64,000 nucleotides of DNA from the NCBI GenBank assembly GCA_963668675.2, contig CAXXMB010000001.1, positions 704,001-768,000 of the forward strand, read 5' to 3'. The notes beneath the pieces are model-generated. The model searched no databases, had not been told where the DNA came from, and saw only the letters and a program-made list of their open reading frames with translations. Position numbers and translations under genes: made by a program. Source of the DNA: an uncultured Desulfatitalea sp. GTDB taxonomy: Bacteria > Desulfobacterota > Desulfobacteria > Desulfobacterales > Desulfosarcinaceae. This document shows positions 1 through 9,905 of this stretch, in pieces. Each line of letters opens with the position of its first letter. Position 1 is the stretch's first letter.

Positions 1-102
1 AAAATCGTTGCCAATTTGCGAAACCAGAAAGTGCAGACCGAAGTGGCCAGTTACGTTAAGACATTGCGCAGTGAAGCAAAGGTGGAGACATTCCTAAAAT
101 AG
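1..102 (+). CDS. 3' end of a truncated CDS, probably a PpiC/SurA/PrsA-type peptidyl-prolyl isomerase (foldase)
   Basis: Open frame from base 1, KIVANLRNQKVQTEVASYVKTLRSEAKVETFLK*, resembling the 'L+..AKIE' C-terminus of parvulin foldases; the stop overlaps the next GTG. Confidence 0.55.
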   Translation, partial: KIVANLRNQKVQTEVASYVKTLRSEAKVETFLK

Positions 103-638
103 TGGCCATCCGGAAGCAGGAGCCTAAGTCGGTGCGGTCTAAGAGAGCTGAAAACGGGGAACTGCAAAAACCCAGCAAAACAAAACGAAAAAAAGAGGCG
201 ATGGCTGCCCAGCGGCTCGGTGAGGCGCTGGTCGGCCTGAGCGCCCAGCAGCTCGACAAGATGGGGATTCCCGAGGAGTTGCACGAAGCGATTGTCGCCG
301 TCCGTCAGATGCATCAGCGCGGTGCCCGCCGCAGGCAGATGCAATATATCGGTGCCCTGATGCGCACCATCGACATCTCTCTACTTCAACGAAATATTGA
401 GAAGGTTACTGCCCAGCGCCATGAGGAGACACGGCGATTCAGACAGGTTGAACTGTGGCGGGACGAATTGACGGCAGGTGACGAGAGACGGCTGTCATGG
501 ATTATGGAGACATTTCCGGATATCGACAGAGAGGCGCTTGAGAAGATGGTTGGCGCTGTAACCGAAGCCAAAGGAGTACCCGAGCGCCGCAGAAGCAACA
601 AAGCGCTCTTTCGTTTTCTCAGGGGGCTAATCGAGTAG
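102..638 (+). CDS. yjgA: Ribosome-associated protein YjgA/DarP (DUF615)
   Basis: Motifs SKTKRKKE..A.QRLGE.L, ARRRQMQYIGALMR, E.WRD.L and LFRFLR. Confidence 0.9.
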   Translation: MAIRKQEPKSVRSKRAENGELQKPSKTKRKKEAMAAQRLGEALVGLSAQQLDKMGIPEELHEAIVAVRQMHQRGARRRQMQYIGALMRTIDISLLQRNIEKVTAQRHEETRRFRQVELWRDELTAGDERRLSWIMETFPDIDREALEKMVGAVTEAKGVPERRRSNKALFRFLRGLIE

Positions 639-683
639 CACATCGATAGGGAAGAAACCGGCAGCAGGCAACAGTACACTACA

Positions 684-1850
684 TCAATTGATCATATCCA
701 CCAGCTCATCCACGATCCGATCGAGAAAAAGCATCCCCTCTAAGGTCAGCCGACATCTTCGATCGTCCATTTCGATCCAGCCCTCCGCTGAGAAGCGGTC
801 CAGGGCTGTATGGAAATAGAGTTTGAAGTCACTTTGGAATTGGTTTTGAAAATTGGAGAATTCGATGCCATCGGACTGACGCAGTCCCAGGTAGAGCGAC
901 TCGATCATTTGCTGCTCTTCGGACAGCTGTTCGCTCTCCGACCTGGGGAGACGACCTTGGGAAATGTCATTCAAATAGTCGTCCAGGTGGCGATGGTTCC
1001 ACCAGCGCACGGGGACACTGAAACTATGCGCCGAAGGCCCAAGCCCGATGTAGGGGATGAAGTTCCAGTATTTCTGATTGTGCTTGGAACGCCAGCGGGC
1101 GTTTTGGGCATAGTTTGATATTTCATAGTGCTCATATCCGGCCACACCCAGGAAATCGTGGGTCATGCGAAAAAGGTCGGCTGTGCGTAAATCCGACAAA
1201 GGCGCCAAGCGGCCGGCCTGCATGTCGCTATGCAATGGCGTATGCGGTTCATAAGACAACATATAGCAGGCCAGGTGTTTGGGGGTTAGTCGGATCGCCT
1301 GCAGCAGATCGTTTTTCCAGGTGCTGGGTGACTGATCCGGTAATCCGAATATAAGATCCAGGCCGATGTTTGTGAATCCGGCGTCCACCCCGGCCTTTAC
1401 AGCCGCCAGAGCCTGTTTTGCGCTGTGCCTGCGCCCCAGAAACGCCAGGTGCTGATCGTTGAACGACTGAATGCCGATGTTGAGACGGTTGAAGCCAAAG
1501 GCGGCATAATCCTGCAAATCCCGGGTGGTTGCCGTAGCGGGATTGATTTCCAGTGTCATTTCGGCGTTGGGATCAAGGTTGAAATAGTCCGCTGCCCAAT
1601 CGACGATAAGCCCCATCTGTTTCGGGGTCAGCAGCGACGGAGTCCCGCCGCCTATATAGAGGGTGTCTGCTCTGTCGTCGCTGGTCGCGGCAAGCTTCAT
1701 TTCGGACTTCAAGGCCTTCAGGAAATCGGGGATACGACTCGTTTCGGTGATCGAGTAGAAATCGCAATAGGGGCACTTGCTTTGGCAAAAGGGGATGTGC
1801 ACATAGATTCCAGTGGCTTCCTGTGAGCCATCTCGCTGCTGTTCCATCAT
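684..1850 (-). CDS. hemW: Radical SAM heme chaperone HemW (HemN-like)
   Basis: YVHIPFC-CxxC (CQSKCPYC), YIGGGTPS, HYEISNYA, HNQKYW, GLGPSAHS; start set at ATG 1850 (ORF track extends to 1889). Confidence 0.9.
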   Translation of the reverse strand: MMEQQRDGSQEATGIYVHIPFCQSKCPYCDFYSITETSRIPDFLKALKSEMKLAATSDDRADTLYIGGGTPSLLTPKQMGLIVDWAADYFNLDPNAEMTLEINPATATTRDLQDYAAFGFNRLNIGIQSFNDQHLAFLGRRHSAKQALAAVKAGVDAGFTNIGLDLIFGLPDQSPSTWKNDLLQAIRLTPKHLACYMLSYEPHTPLHSDMQAGRLAPLSDLRTADLFRMTHDFLGVAGYEHYEISNYAQNARWRSKHNQKYWNFIPYIGLGPSAHSFSVPVRWWNHRHLDDYLNDISQGRLPRSESEQLSEEQQMIESLYLGLRQSDGIEFSNFQNQFQSDFKLYFHTALDRFSAEGWIEMDDRRCRLTLEGMLFLDRIVDELVDMIN

Positions 1851-1963
1851 TGTGTCCTGACTATGCTGTTCCTCGAAATCGGGTGTCAATCGATAAATGT
1901 AGGCTTTCTTGTTCCTGACTTCAACCCTTTGTCATCTGCCCATTGCGCTGTTGTGAATGGTCC

Positions 1964-2413
1964 TCAAAAGGCGCCTATCTGGCATTGGCAAATTTTCAAT
2001 TTCATGGCATCGCACACTTTGGCGATATCGACCCTCGATATGCCGAACCCGTCTGCGATACGCCAGCCGTCAGCACATCGAAGACGCCCGTCGACCAAAG
2101 CGTTCTCAATGGCAGTTCTCAGTTCCTGATCGATCGGGGCCTGAGCCGTGGGGGACTGGGGCGTTTTGCTACCGCGGTCGCGACCGTGGCCAAAAAGGCC
2201 GAGCTGGCAATTCGAAATGCGCGCTTCCATGAGGTCGATGGCGATGCCCACCTCTTTAGCCTCGACTCCAAGTGAAGCTGCAATTTCGTGTGCCGCGCGG
2301 CAGGTGATCCTGTTGTCGGACAGTCGTTCGCGCACCGCCTGTTCGATAGCGGGCGCCACCCGGGTCCCGGGTGGGTGTTTGGCCGAATAGTGGCCGGCAT
2401 GTTCACGTGCCAT
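1964..2413 (-). CDS. Hypothetical protein with two tandem Cys-containing domains (possible metal/Fe-S binding)
   Basis: Internal duplication: ITCRAAHEIAASLGV...ISNCQLGLF and LRCADGWRIADGFGI...ICQCQIGAF. Confidence 0.7.
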   Translation of the reverse strand: MAREHAGHYSAKHPPGTRVAPAIEQAVRERLSDNRITCRAAHEIAASLGVEAKEVGIAIDLMEARISNCQLGLFGHGRDRGSKTPQSPTAQAPIDQELRTAIENALVDGRLRCADGWRIADGFGISRVDIAKVCDAMKLKICQCQIGAF

Positions 2414-2584
2414 ATGAGATTTCCCCTAAATTGTATGAAGTTATATCCGGCGTTCCGGATTCTCGAAGTGGCGCACCTTAACATAGTGGCCAAGCGCGTG
2501 CAAATCCGCTATGATTGGTGGCGTGTTTAGCTGTTCTCATCCGCGCCGAGAACAGTCGAAATCAAACTGAAGACCCGAGTATTC

Positions 2585-4156
2585 ATGGATATCAGCACTA
2601 TCTTCAAAGCCGTGTTGGCCCCTGACCAGGAGAGTGGTCTCGAGCGATTCGAGGGTTTGCGTCCGGGAGACCAACTGACCGGTAAAATTGTACGCGTTGA
2701 AACGGACGGCCGACTGCTAATCGATCTGGGGCGGTTTCGCGCCCTGGCGCAAACCAATATCCAGGCGCAAGCCGGTCAGACCCTCAAGCTTACGGTCGAA
2801 AAGCTTGGAACCCCGCTCCACCTCCGATTGGCGTCGGCCACCTCATCGCAGGCCGCTAAAGCGCTTCCGCAAATCGCCCTTTCATCGCTGCTGACATCCG
2901 CCGAACGGCAGAAGGTCGTAAATGCCATCCAGAGGCTGCTGACGTCACTCCCGGATCAAGCCAAGATGCCGGCGCTTCCGTTGATCCACCGCCAGGGGCA
3001 AGCCACGCAGGAGGCACCTGCGGCCCAGCCCCGGGGAGAAGCGGCACAGAAAATTCCGGCGGCCCAACCCCAGGGGGAGGTGGCCCGGAAACCTCAGGCC
3101 GCCCAACCCCGGAGTGAAGGGGTTCGGACACCAGCACAGATCTCATTGCGAAAACCTGCGCTCGATCAGCCCCGGGGTGAAGTGGCGCAGAAATCTCCGC
3201 AGGGCCAGCTTCAGGGAGAAACCGCTAAGGCGCCGCTGTCTCGATTCCAGAGCGAAACGATGCAGACATCTCCGACGCCCCAACTCCGAAGCGAAACCGG
3301 GGCGATGCCCTCAGCGCCCTCAACCTCAGGGGCGATGGCACCTTCGCTCGCTTCGAATACGATGGCTGGCGCCGGCAAAACCCAGATGCCCATCCATCAC
3401 GCATTGGTTCAGCTTGGGGGGGTGCTTGTCGAGTCCTCTTCCCAAGCGTCGGTGCAGCAGTGGGTGGATGCGCTACGGCTTCAATTATCTGAAAGCGGCC
3501 ACCTGTTCGAAACCAGATTGGCGGATTTGGCCGACCCATCCTTGCCGTCAAACACACAGGCCGACGCTGACGGACTCCAAAGGGCCGTGGGACGAGATCT
3601 TAAGCCCAATTTGATGATCCTGCGGGAGCTGTTTGCCGAGACCAATGCCAACGCCCTGTCTGAATCAGGTGCCAGGCCGAAAGATATTGCCATTTTGCGG
3701 CAAACCGTAGATCGGCTGCTGTCGCATATTGAACAGCAGCAGGAGAGGGCTGTCCAGCGGGCGGGAGACCAGGATCTCTACCAAGTGTTTGCCCATCTGC
3801 TGCCAGTGAAGGAGCAGGCGCAACCGGTGCGCCTTAAGGTCTATTATCCCAGAAAAGGGCGCGGAGAAAAGCACGATTTGCAGCATCGCATCGCACTCTT
3901 GCTGGATATGGATCGGCTGGGGCCGGTAAGGGCGGATGTGGCCACGGCCGGAAACACGTTGAGTATCCGCTTTTTTGTACGGGATAGAGAGGTCCAGGCG
4001 ATTTTCGACCAGCACGTTCCAGAGGTTGAAACGGTGCTGTCGGAGCCGTTTGAACGGGTCGATATCGTCACTGAAGTGTCGAAAGAGAAGATCGCTCAGT
4101 TCGGCCAGGAGGACCGGATGGGACCTTCGGTCGGCAGAATCGATGTGCGAGCTTGA
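2585..4156 (+). CDS. FliK-like (hook-length control-like) protein
   Basis: Pro/Gln/Ala-rich linker, SGHLFE motif and C-terminal T3S4-like domain (LDMDRLGPV); directly followed by a FlhB-C gene. Confidence 0.75.
   Translation: MDISTIFKAVLAPDQESGLERFEGLRPGDQLTGKIVRVETDGRLLIDLGRFRALAQTNIQAQAGQTLKLTVEKLGTPLHLRLASATSSQAAKALPQIALSSLLTSAERQKVVNAIQRLLTSLPDQAKMPALPLIHRQGQATQEAPAAQPRGEAAQKIPAAQPQGEVARKPQAAQPRSEGVRTPAQISLRKPALDQPRGEVAQKSPQGQLQGETAKAPLSRFQSETMQTSPTPQLRSETGAMPSAPSTSGAMAPSLASNTMAGAGKTQMPIHHALVQLGGVLVESSSQASVQQWVDALRLQLSESGHLFETRLADLADPSLPSNTQADADGLQRAVGRDLKPNLMILRELFAETNANALSESGARPKDIAILRQTVDRLLSHIEQQQERAVQRAGDQDLYQVFAHLLPVKEQAQPVRLKVYYPRKGRGEKHDLQHRIALLLDMDRLGPVRADVATAGNTLSIRFFVRDREVQAIFDQHVPEVETVLSEPFERVDIVTEVSKEKIAQFGQEDRMGPSVGRIDVRA
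3017..3300 (+). repeat. Degenerate 39-bp (13-aa) tandem repeats within the FliK-like linker
   Basis: PAAQPRGEAAQKI / PAAQPQGEVARKP / QAAQPRSEGVRTP / ALDQPRGEVAQKS / PQGQLQGETAKAP. Confidence 0.8.
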
Positions 4157-4168
4157 GGAGCGGATAAG

Positions 4169-4438
4169 ATGACATCCGACAAACAGCAAAAAAAAGCTGC
4201 TGCATTGCGTTACGATCAGGCCCGGGACAAGGCGCCCAGAGTTGTTGCCAAAGGGCGCGGAAAGATGGCTGACCGCATCGTGGCTGCTGCCCGGGAGCAT
4301 GGTGTCCCCATGGTCGAAGATCGCAACCTTGTCCAGATGCTCGATGTGCTCGATATGGAGGCAGAGATTCCTGCCGAACTCTACCAGGCGGTGGCTGAAG
4401 TTCTGGCCTTCGTCTATCGTATGAACCGCCGCCCATGA
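4169..4438 (+). CDS. Stand-alone FlhB C-terminal-domain protein (EscU/YscU/FlhB family, YlqH/FlhX-like)
   Basis: AAALRYD..RDKAPRVVAKGRG.MAD.I...AREHGVP...EIPAELYQAVAEVLAFVY. Confidence 0.92.
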   Translation: MTSDKQQKKAAALRYDQARDKAPRVVAKGRGKMADRIVAAAREHGVPMVEDRNLVQMLDVLDMEAEIPAELYQAVAEVLAFVYRMNRRP

Positions 4439-7400
4439 AATCCTTTGACTTGCTGCAGGCTCCCCTCGAGGGGGTTCAACTCATCGAAGCCGGTGCCGGT
4501 ACCGGTAAAACGTTCAACATTGCAGGACTGTTTCTGAGGTTGATTCTCGAGAAGGGGTTTGCCGTCGATGAGATCCTGGTGGTGACCTACACCAAGGCGG
4601 CCACCGAGGAGTTGAAACGTCGCATAAGACGACGATTGATAAGTGCAAAAACTGCATTGAATACAGGAGAATCCGACCAGCTAATTGATGCGATGGTTAA
4701 TAGGGGCGGCACTCCCGAAGCCGCCCTGCAGCGGATCCTCGATGCACTCACCGATTTTGACCGGGCCGCCATTTTTACCATTCACGGATTCTGCCAACGC
4801 ATCTTGAATCACTTTGCCTTCGAGACCGGCTATCTGTTCGAAGCGCAGCTGCTGCAGGACGATCAACCCCTGATCCAGGAGATGGCGGACGATTTTTGGC
4901 GAAGGCACATTGCAACGGCGCCTGAGGAGCTGGCAGGAGCCGCACTTGTTGACCTTAATGGGCCGGAAGCGTTGGCCGCCCTGTTCGGCCGATGTCGAAC
5001 ACCTGGAATGAGGGTGATCCCGGAGGCAGCCGAACCCCCACTCGATGCCATCGACGCTTGGCGCGAGGCTGCTCTTCATGTCTGCCGGGCCTGGCCGGCC
5101 GCACGCGGAGAGGCGCTGAAGCTGCTTGCATCTGAAGGGCTCAACGCGAGGTGGTATGGCAAATGCGCGCCGGACAAAGCGGATTCCGAGCTTTCCCCCC
5201 GCAAGACGATGCTCACCGCACTATCGGCTCAGATGGACCAATGGGAGGGACGCTACCCCGTCTTCAAACTGTTTGACCGCTTCACTGTATCTCTTCTGGA
5301 GAAGGCCACCAAAAAGAAGCATACCACCCCAAGGCATCCCTTTTTCGAGTTGTGTGAGCATGCACAGAAAACACTTGAGGAGATGGAGGTTCAGATAAGC
5401 GATTATCTTCGCCATCTGAAAGTGCGTTTGATAAAAGAGGCCCGGCAGAGCCTCGATAAGAAGAAGAGAGACCAAAGCCTTCTTTTTTACGATGACCTGT
5501 TGCTGCAGGTGCACGGCGCGTTGGGGAGCAGGTCCGCTCCGGGTCTCGTTCGGGCGTTGAGAGAGAGTTACCGTGCGGCCCTGGTAGACGAATTTCAGGA
5601 CACCGATGCCCTCCAGTACGATATTTTCACCCTCCTCTTTGGCGATCCGAGCGCATTGCTTTTCATGATCGGAGATCCAAAACAAGCCATTTACAGTTTC
5701 CGTGGCGCTGATCTTTTCTCCTACCTGGAGGCCAAGCGGGAAACCTCCCATCAATTTACCCTGACCCGTAACTGGCGTGCTACCCAACCACTGATCCAGG
5801 CCATCAATACCCTGTTCGGCAGTCATCCACTGCCTTTCGGTGACGATCAGATCGCCTATCTGCCTGCTGAGGCGGCTGATATCGGCGAGGGCCCGATGGA
5901 TGAGGCACCGTTCGAGTTGTGGTATTTGGGGAGTGGAGAAGAGGAGGGGCCCATACGACCCATTTCGCAGGAGGATGCCACCCGCCAGATCGTGGCTGCC
6001 GTCGCCGAGCAGGTCGTAACGCTGCTCAACGGGACCGAAGAGAGATATCCGTTCGAACCCCAGGCCATTGCCGTGTTGACCCGCACCCACCGACAAGCGC
6101 AAAGCGTCAAGACCGCACTCGATCAACGCGGTGTAACTGCGGTACTGCACAGCGCAGGGAGTGTCTTCGATACCCGGGAAGCGGCCTCATTGGCCCTTGT
6201 ACTGGAAGCGGTGGCCATGCCCACGGATCCGTCTCGGGTGAGGACAGCCCTGGCCACCGACTTGATCTGTACATCGGCCGCTGAATTATGCGCATCGGTC
6301 GAGGCGCCGGCAGCCGCATGGGAAGCTCGTTTGTCGCGGTTCGATGCCTACCATCGCATTTGGCAGCGCGAAGGTTTCTATCCCATGTTCAGCCGGCTGA
6401 TGGATGACGAAAAGATCAAAAGCAGGCTTCTTGCCCAAGGCGAGGGGGAGCGGCGCCTGACCAATCTTCTACACCTGGCCGAACTGCTTCATATGGCCTC
6501 TTTGGAACGTTCATCGGGGCCGGAGGGTTTGTTGTCATGGTTTCACAACCAGCGCTCCGATGGCGGCGGCGGAGAGGATGCCCAAAAGTTGAGGTTGGAA
6601 AGCGATGCCCGGGCTGTGCAGATCATCACCATCCATAAGAGCAAGGGGCTTCAATTCGATGTGGTTTTCTGCCCCTTTGTGTGGAGCGGCGCCAGAGTGG
6701 ATAAAAAGAGCATCACTTTTCACGATCCGGACGCCGGCGGGCAACTCACCATGGCCATCGGGCCGGAAATCGAACCCGCTCACAGCGATATGGCCCTTCG
6801 AGAGGCGCTGGCCGAAAATATTCGACTGCTCTATGTGGCGGTCACAAGGGCCAGGCAGAGGTGCTATTTGGCCTGGGGTCGTATCAAGGGGACTGATGTG
6901 TCGGCCACCGCCTACCTGTTCCATGGTCCCCCAGAGAGTGATCTTACCGGTGAAGGGCTGCGCCAGCTGAAACGCAAAATGGCGGGCATGGATGACGCAA
7001 GACTCATCCGGGAGCTGACGCACATCGAAGCGCGGTCCGAAGGCACCATCCGTTTGAAGCCGCTGCCAGTGCCGACTAAGGTTGACCATCTCGCAATCGA
7101 AACGGGTAAAGCGGCGCTTGCGGAACGCGGTTTTAATAAAGCTTTTGACACCCAGTGGCGTATTGCCAGCTTTTCGAGCCTGACTGCCGGGGCCGCCGCA
7201 CATGAAATCGATCCCGCAGATCGTGATGCCCAGTATATAGAATCGGTATCAGGTGATTTGCAGGAATCAAAAGCACTCGATCTTTTTGCGTTTCCAAAAG
7301 GGACCAGGGCCGGTCTCTTTTTTCACGACCTGATTGAACATGTCGATTTTGCAAACAGCGATGGGGCATTGCGGAGCGCGCTGGTAGCGGAAAAATTAAA

Positions 7401-8022
7401 GGCCCACGGGTATGGAGATGAATGGAAAGGCGCGGTGGAAGGTATGTTGGCCAGGCTTGGCAGCGTGACTCTGACCGCAGGGCAAATGGAAAACAGCTTC
7501 CGCCTGTCAGATGTACCCTGGCGAAAGCGGATCAATGAGATGGAGTTTCACTATCCCATCAAGCCGATCACACCCGAAACCATCGTGCGCCTTTTTCAGG
7601 AGCACGGCCGACCCTTCGTCAAACAGATGCCATCCCAACATTGGCGTCGGCTCAATTTTTCGCCGGTGCATGGCTTTATGAAGGGTTTCATAGACATGAT
7701 CTTCGAGTATAACGGCCGATACTACCTGGTGGATTGGAAATCCAACCACCTGGGCAATGCTTACGAAGACTACCAGACCGCCGTCATCGAAGCGGCCATG
7801 GGAGACTCTTTCTACTATTTGCAGTATCATCTCTATACGGTTGCCCTGGACCGATGGCTGCAGAGCAGGGTCGAAGGTTACCGTTACGATCGGCATTTCG
7901 GCGGGGTTTTCTATCTCTTTATCCGTGGCATCGATCACCGCGGAAGGGATTGTGGCATCTTTTACGATCTTCCGGAACCGGAGATGGTGACGTCGCTAAG
8001 GGAGACGCTTCTGGGCGTTTGA
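4435..8022 (+). CDS. recB: Exodeoxyribonuclease V beta subunit
   Basis: IEAGAGTGKT, VVTYTKAATEEL, LVDEFQDTD, IGDPKQAIYSFRGAD, TIHKSKGL, LLYVAVTRA; nuclease GFIDMIF...DWKSN...Y.LQY. Confidence 0.97.
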   Translation: MKSFDLLQAPLEGVQLIEAGAGTGKTFNIAGLFLRLILEKGFAVDEILVVTYTKAATEELKRRIRRRLISAKTALNTGESDQLIDAMVNRGGTPEAALQRILDALTDFDRAAIFTIHGFCQRILNHFAFETGYLFEAQLLQDDQPLIQEMADDFWRRHIATAPEELAGAALVDLNGPEALAALFGRCRTPGMRVIPEAAEPPLDAIDAWREAALHVCRAWPAARGEALKLLASEGLNARWYGKCAPDKADSELSPRKTMLTALSAQMDQWEGRYPVFKLFDRFTVSLLEKATKKKHTTPRHPFFELCEHAQKTLEEMEVQISDYLRHLKVRLIKEARQSLDKKKRDQSLLFYDDLLLQVHGALGSRSAPGLVRALRESYRAALVDEFQDTDALQYDIFTLLFGDPSALLFMIGDPKQAIYSFRGADLFSYLEAKRETSHQFTLTRNWRATQPLIQAINTLFGSHPLPFGDDQIAYLPAEAADIGEGPMDEAPFELWYLGSGEEEGPIRPISQEDATRQIVAAVAEQVVTLLNGTEERYPFEPQAIAVLTRTHRQAQSVKTALDQRGVTAVLHSAGSVFDTREAASLALVLEAVAMPTDPSRVRTALATDLICTSAAELCASVEAPAAAWEARLSRFDAYHRIWQREGFYPMFSRLMDDEKIKSRLLAQGEGERRLTNLLHLAELLHMASLERSSGPEGLLSWFHNQRSDGGGGEDAQKLRLESDARAVQIITIHKSKGLQFDVVFCPFVWSGARVDKKSITFHDPDAGGQLTMAIGPEIEPAHSDMALREALAENIRLLYVAVTRARQRCYLAWGRIKGTDVSATAYLFHGPPESDLTGEGLRQLKRKMAGMDDARLIRELTHIEARSEGTIRLKPLPVPTKVDHLAIETGKAALAERGFNKAFDTQWRIASFSSLTAGAAAHEIDPADRDAQYIESVSGDLQESKALDLFAFPKGTRAGLFFHDLIEHVDFANSDGALRSALVAEKLKAHGYGDEWKGAVEGMLARLGSVTLTAGQMENSFRLSDVPWRKRINEMEFHYPIKPITPETIVRLFQEHGRPFVKQMPSQHWRRLNFSPVHGFMKGFIDMIFEYNGRYYLVDWKSNHLGNAYEDYQTAVIEAAMGDSFYYLQYHLYTVALDRWLQSRVEGYRYDRHFGGVFYLFIRGIDHRGRDCGIFYDLPEPEMVTSLRETLLGV

Positions 8023-8072
8023 CCGATGCCTGGTCCGTAACGCCTTTAATTTAGGGATCTGTCGAACCATTT

Positions 8073-9896
8073 ATGAATATCGAACAGTTATATAATCGAA
8101 AGAAAATGGCCCCCCTGGATTGGTCTCTGGGGCGGATGATTCAGCGCCTGGGACAATGCGACGATGACTGGGTCGGATTGGCGGCGGCCATGGTTAGCCG
8201 GTCGGCAACCCAGGGCAATGTCTGTCTGGACCTGGACCTTGCCTGGGAAGAGGGGGCCGGGGGGATCGATGCTGAGTTCAACATGCCGTTGCCCATATCT
8301 CTGGATGAGTGGCTATACAAGCTAAAGCGCTGTGCGGCAGTGGGTGCTCCGGGAGATTTTAGCCCCTTGATCCTGGACGGGAAACGGCTCTATCTGCATC
8401 GTTACTGGTACTACGAGCAGCAACTTGCCACGCTTCTGCTGGCAAGATGCGGCCGCAGTGCAGCGCTCGGTACTCCCGAGGAGTTGGAGAAGAACCTTCA
8501 GCGCCTCTTCAAAGAGACGGATGGCGATCAGATCGACGCTGCCCGCAAAGCGGCGACACGGCGTTTTACGGTCATATCCGGCGGGCCGGGTACGGGCAAG
8601 ACTTACACCGTGGCCAAGATCATCCTGCTTCTATCTGCACTTTGTGGCGGCCATACGATTAAGATTCATCTGGCCGCCCCAACCGGTAAGGCGGCTGCCC
8701 GTTTGCAGGAGGCGATTGAAACCGCACTGGTTTCAACAGGGAGATACTCTGCTGATGAACGTCTCCCCATGCCCACTGCTCAGACCCTGCACCGGCTGCT
8801 CGGGTATATGCCCTCCAGATCCCGTTTTCGATATGATGAAGAGAGGCCGTTGCCCACGGACGCCGTTATTGTCGATGAAGCCTCGATGATCGATCTCGCC
8901 TTGATGCACCAGCTGGTTCAGGCCGTGCCCCAGGATGCACGCCTGATCCTTGTTGGAGACAAGGATCAGCTTGCCTCGGTCGAGGCGGGCGCTGTCCTTG
9001 GAGATATATGCTACGGCATAAAAAGCAGTTATACCGAAGGTGGCCGCAAGAAAATCGATACAGACCGCGACGCAACGGATTATGCTAAGAAATCGCCGTT
9101 GAGACCGCATATCCAGGTGCTGGAGCGCAGCTATCGCTTCGATGCCCACAGCGGTCTAGGTGCAGTGAGCCGCGCCATCAATGCGGGCGATGCCCGGCGT
9201 GTCATCGACCTGCTCTCCGCTGGACACCATGGCGAACTCTCCCTGGTTCCTATGGGCGACCGTCACACCTTGGGCAGCATCCTGGAGAGGGTGGTGGATG
9301 GGGAGCTCTCGGACTACTTTGCATGTCAGGACGCTGAACAGGCCTTTGACCTGATCAACCGCTCCAGGGTTTTGTGTGCGCTCCGCAAGGGCCCATACGG
9401 CGCTGAAACACTCAATCAAATGATCGAGCAGCTCCTGCGTCGGCGCGGCTTGATTCCTTCAGGGGTATCTGCAGATGCGACCTGGTATCGCGGCCGCCCA
9501 TTGATGGTTACGCGCAATGATTACAACCATGGCCTGTTTAACGGTGACACCGGCATCGTTCAGGGGCCGGTAAATGGCGGGAGAGACCAGATGCAGGTCC
9601 TCTTCCCCGTTCAGCAGGGTGGCTTCAGAGAGGTTGCGCCCCATCAACTACCGGAGCAGCAGACGGTCTACGCCATGACCATCCACAAGAGCCAGGGGTC
9701 GGAGTTCGACCATGTGGTGGTGATCCTGCCGGACCGCGACACCCCACTGCTCACCAGGGAGTTGATCTATACTGCCGTCACCCGTGCGCGTAAATCCATT
9801 GCCATCCATGCCGACCCGGAGCTGCTGAAATTGGCCGTGACGCGTCGCATCAGACGCAGCTCAGGATTGCGGGATGCATTGTGGTGGAAAGAGTAG
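8073..9896 (+). CDS. recD: Exodeoxyribonuclease V alpha subunit
   Basis: ISGGPGTGKT, AAPTGKAAARL, TLHRLLG, VDEASMID, GDKDQLASVEAG, AMTIHKSQGSEF, RELIYTAVTRA. Confidence 0.97.
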   Translation: MNIEQLYNRKKMAPLDWSLGRMIQRLGQCDDDWVGLAAAMVSRSATQGNVCLDLDLAWEEGAGGIDAEFNMPLPISLDEWLYKLKRCAAVGAPGDFSPLILDGKRLYLHRYWYYEQQLATLLLARCGRSAALGTPEELEKNLQRLFKETDGDQIDAARKAATRRFTVISGGPGTGKTYTVAKIILLLSALCGGHTIKIHLAAPTGKAAARLQEAIETALVSTGRYSADERLPMPTAQTLHRLLGYMPSRSRFRYDEERPLPTDAVIVDEASMIDLALMHQLVQAVPQDARLILVGDKDQLASVEAGAVLGDICYGIKSSYTEGGRKKIDTDRDATDYAKKSPLRPHIQVLERSYRFDAHSGLGAVSRAINAGDARRVIDLLSAGHHGELSLVPMGDRHTLGSILERVVDGELSDYFACQDAEQAFDLINRSRVLCALRKGPYGAETLNQMIEQLLRRRGLIPSGVSADATWYRGRPLMVTRNDYNHGLFNGDTGIVQGPVNGGRDQMQVLFPVQQGGFREVAPHQLPEQQTVYAMTIHKSQGSEFDHVVVILPDRDTPLLTRELIYTAVTRARKSIAIHADPELLKLAVTRRIRRSSGLRDALWWKE

Positions 9897-9905
9897 CTTA
9901 AATGC

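Noticed and set aside
684..1850. Radical SAM enzyme as a RiPP maturase for the Cys-rich peptide
   Set aside because: Motifs identify HemW with no SPASM/RRE domain, and it lies about 10 kb away
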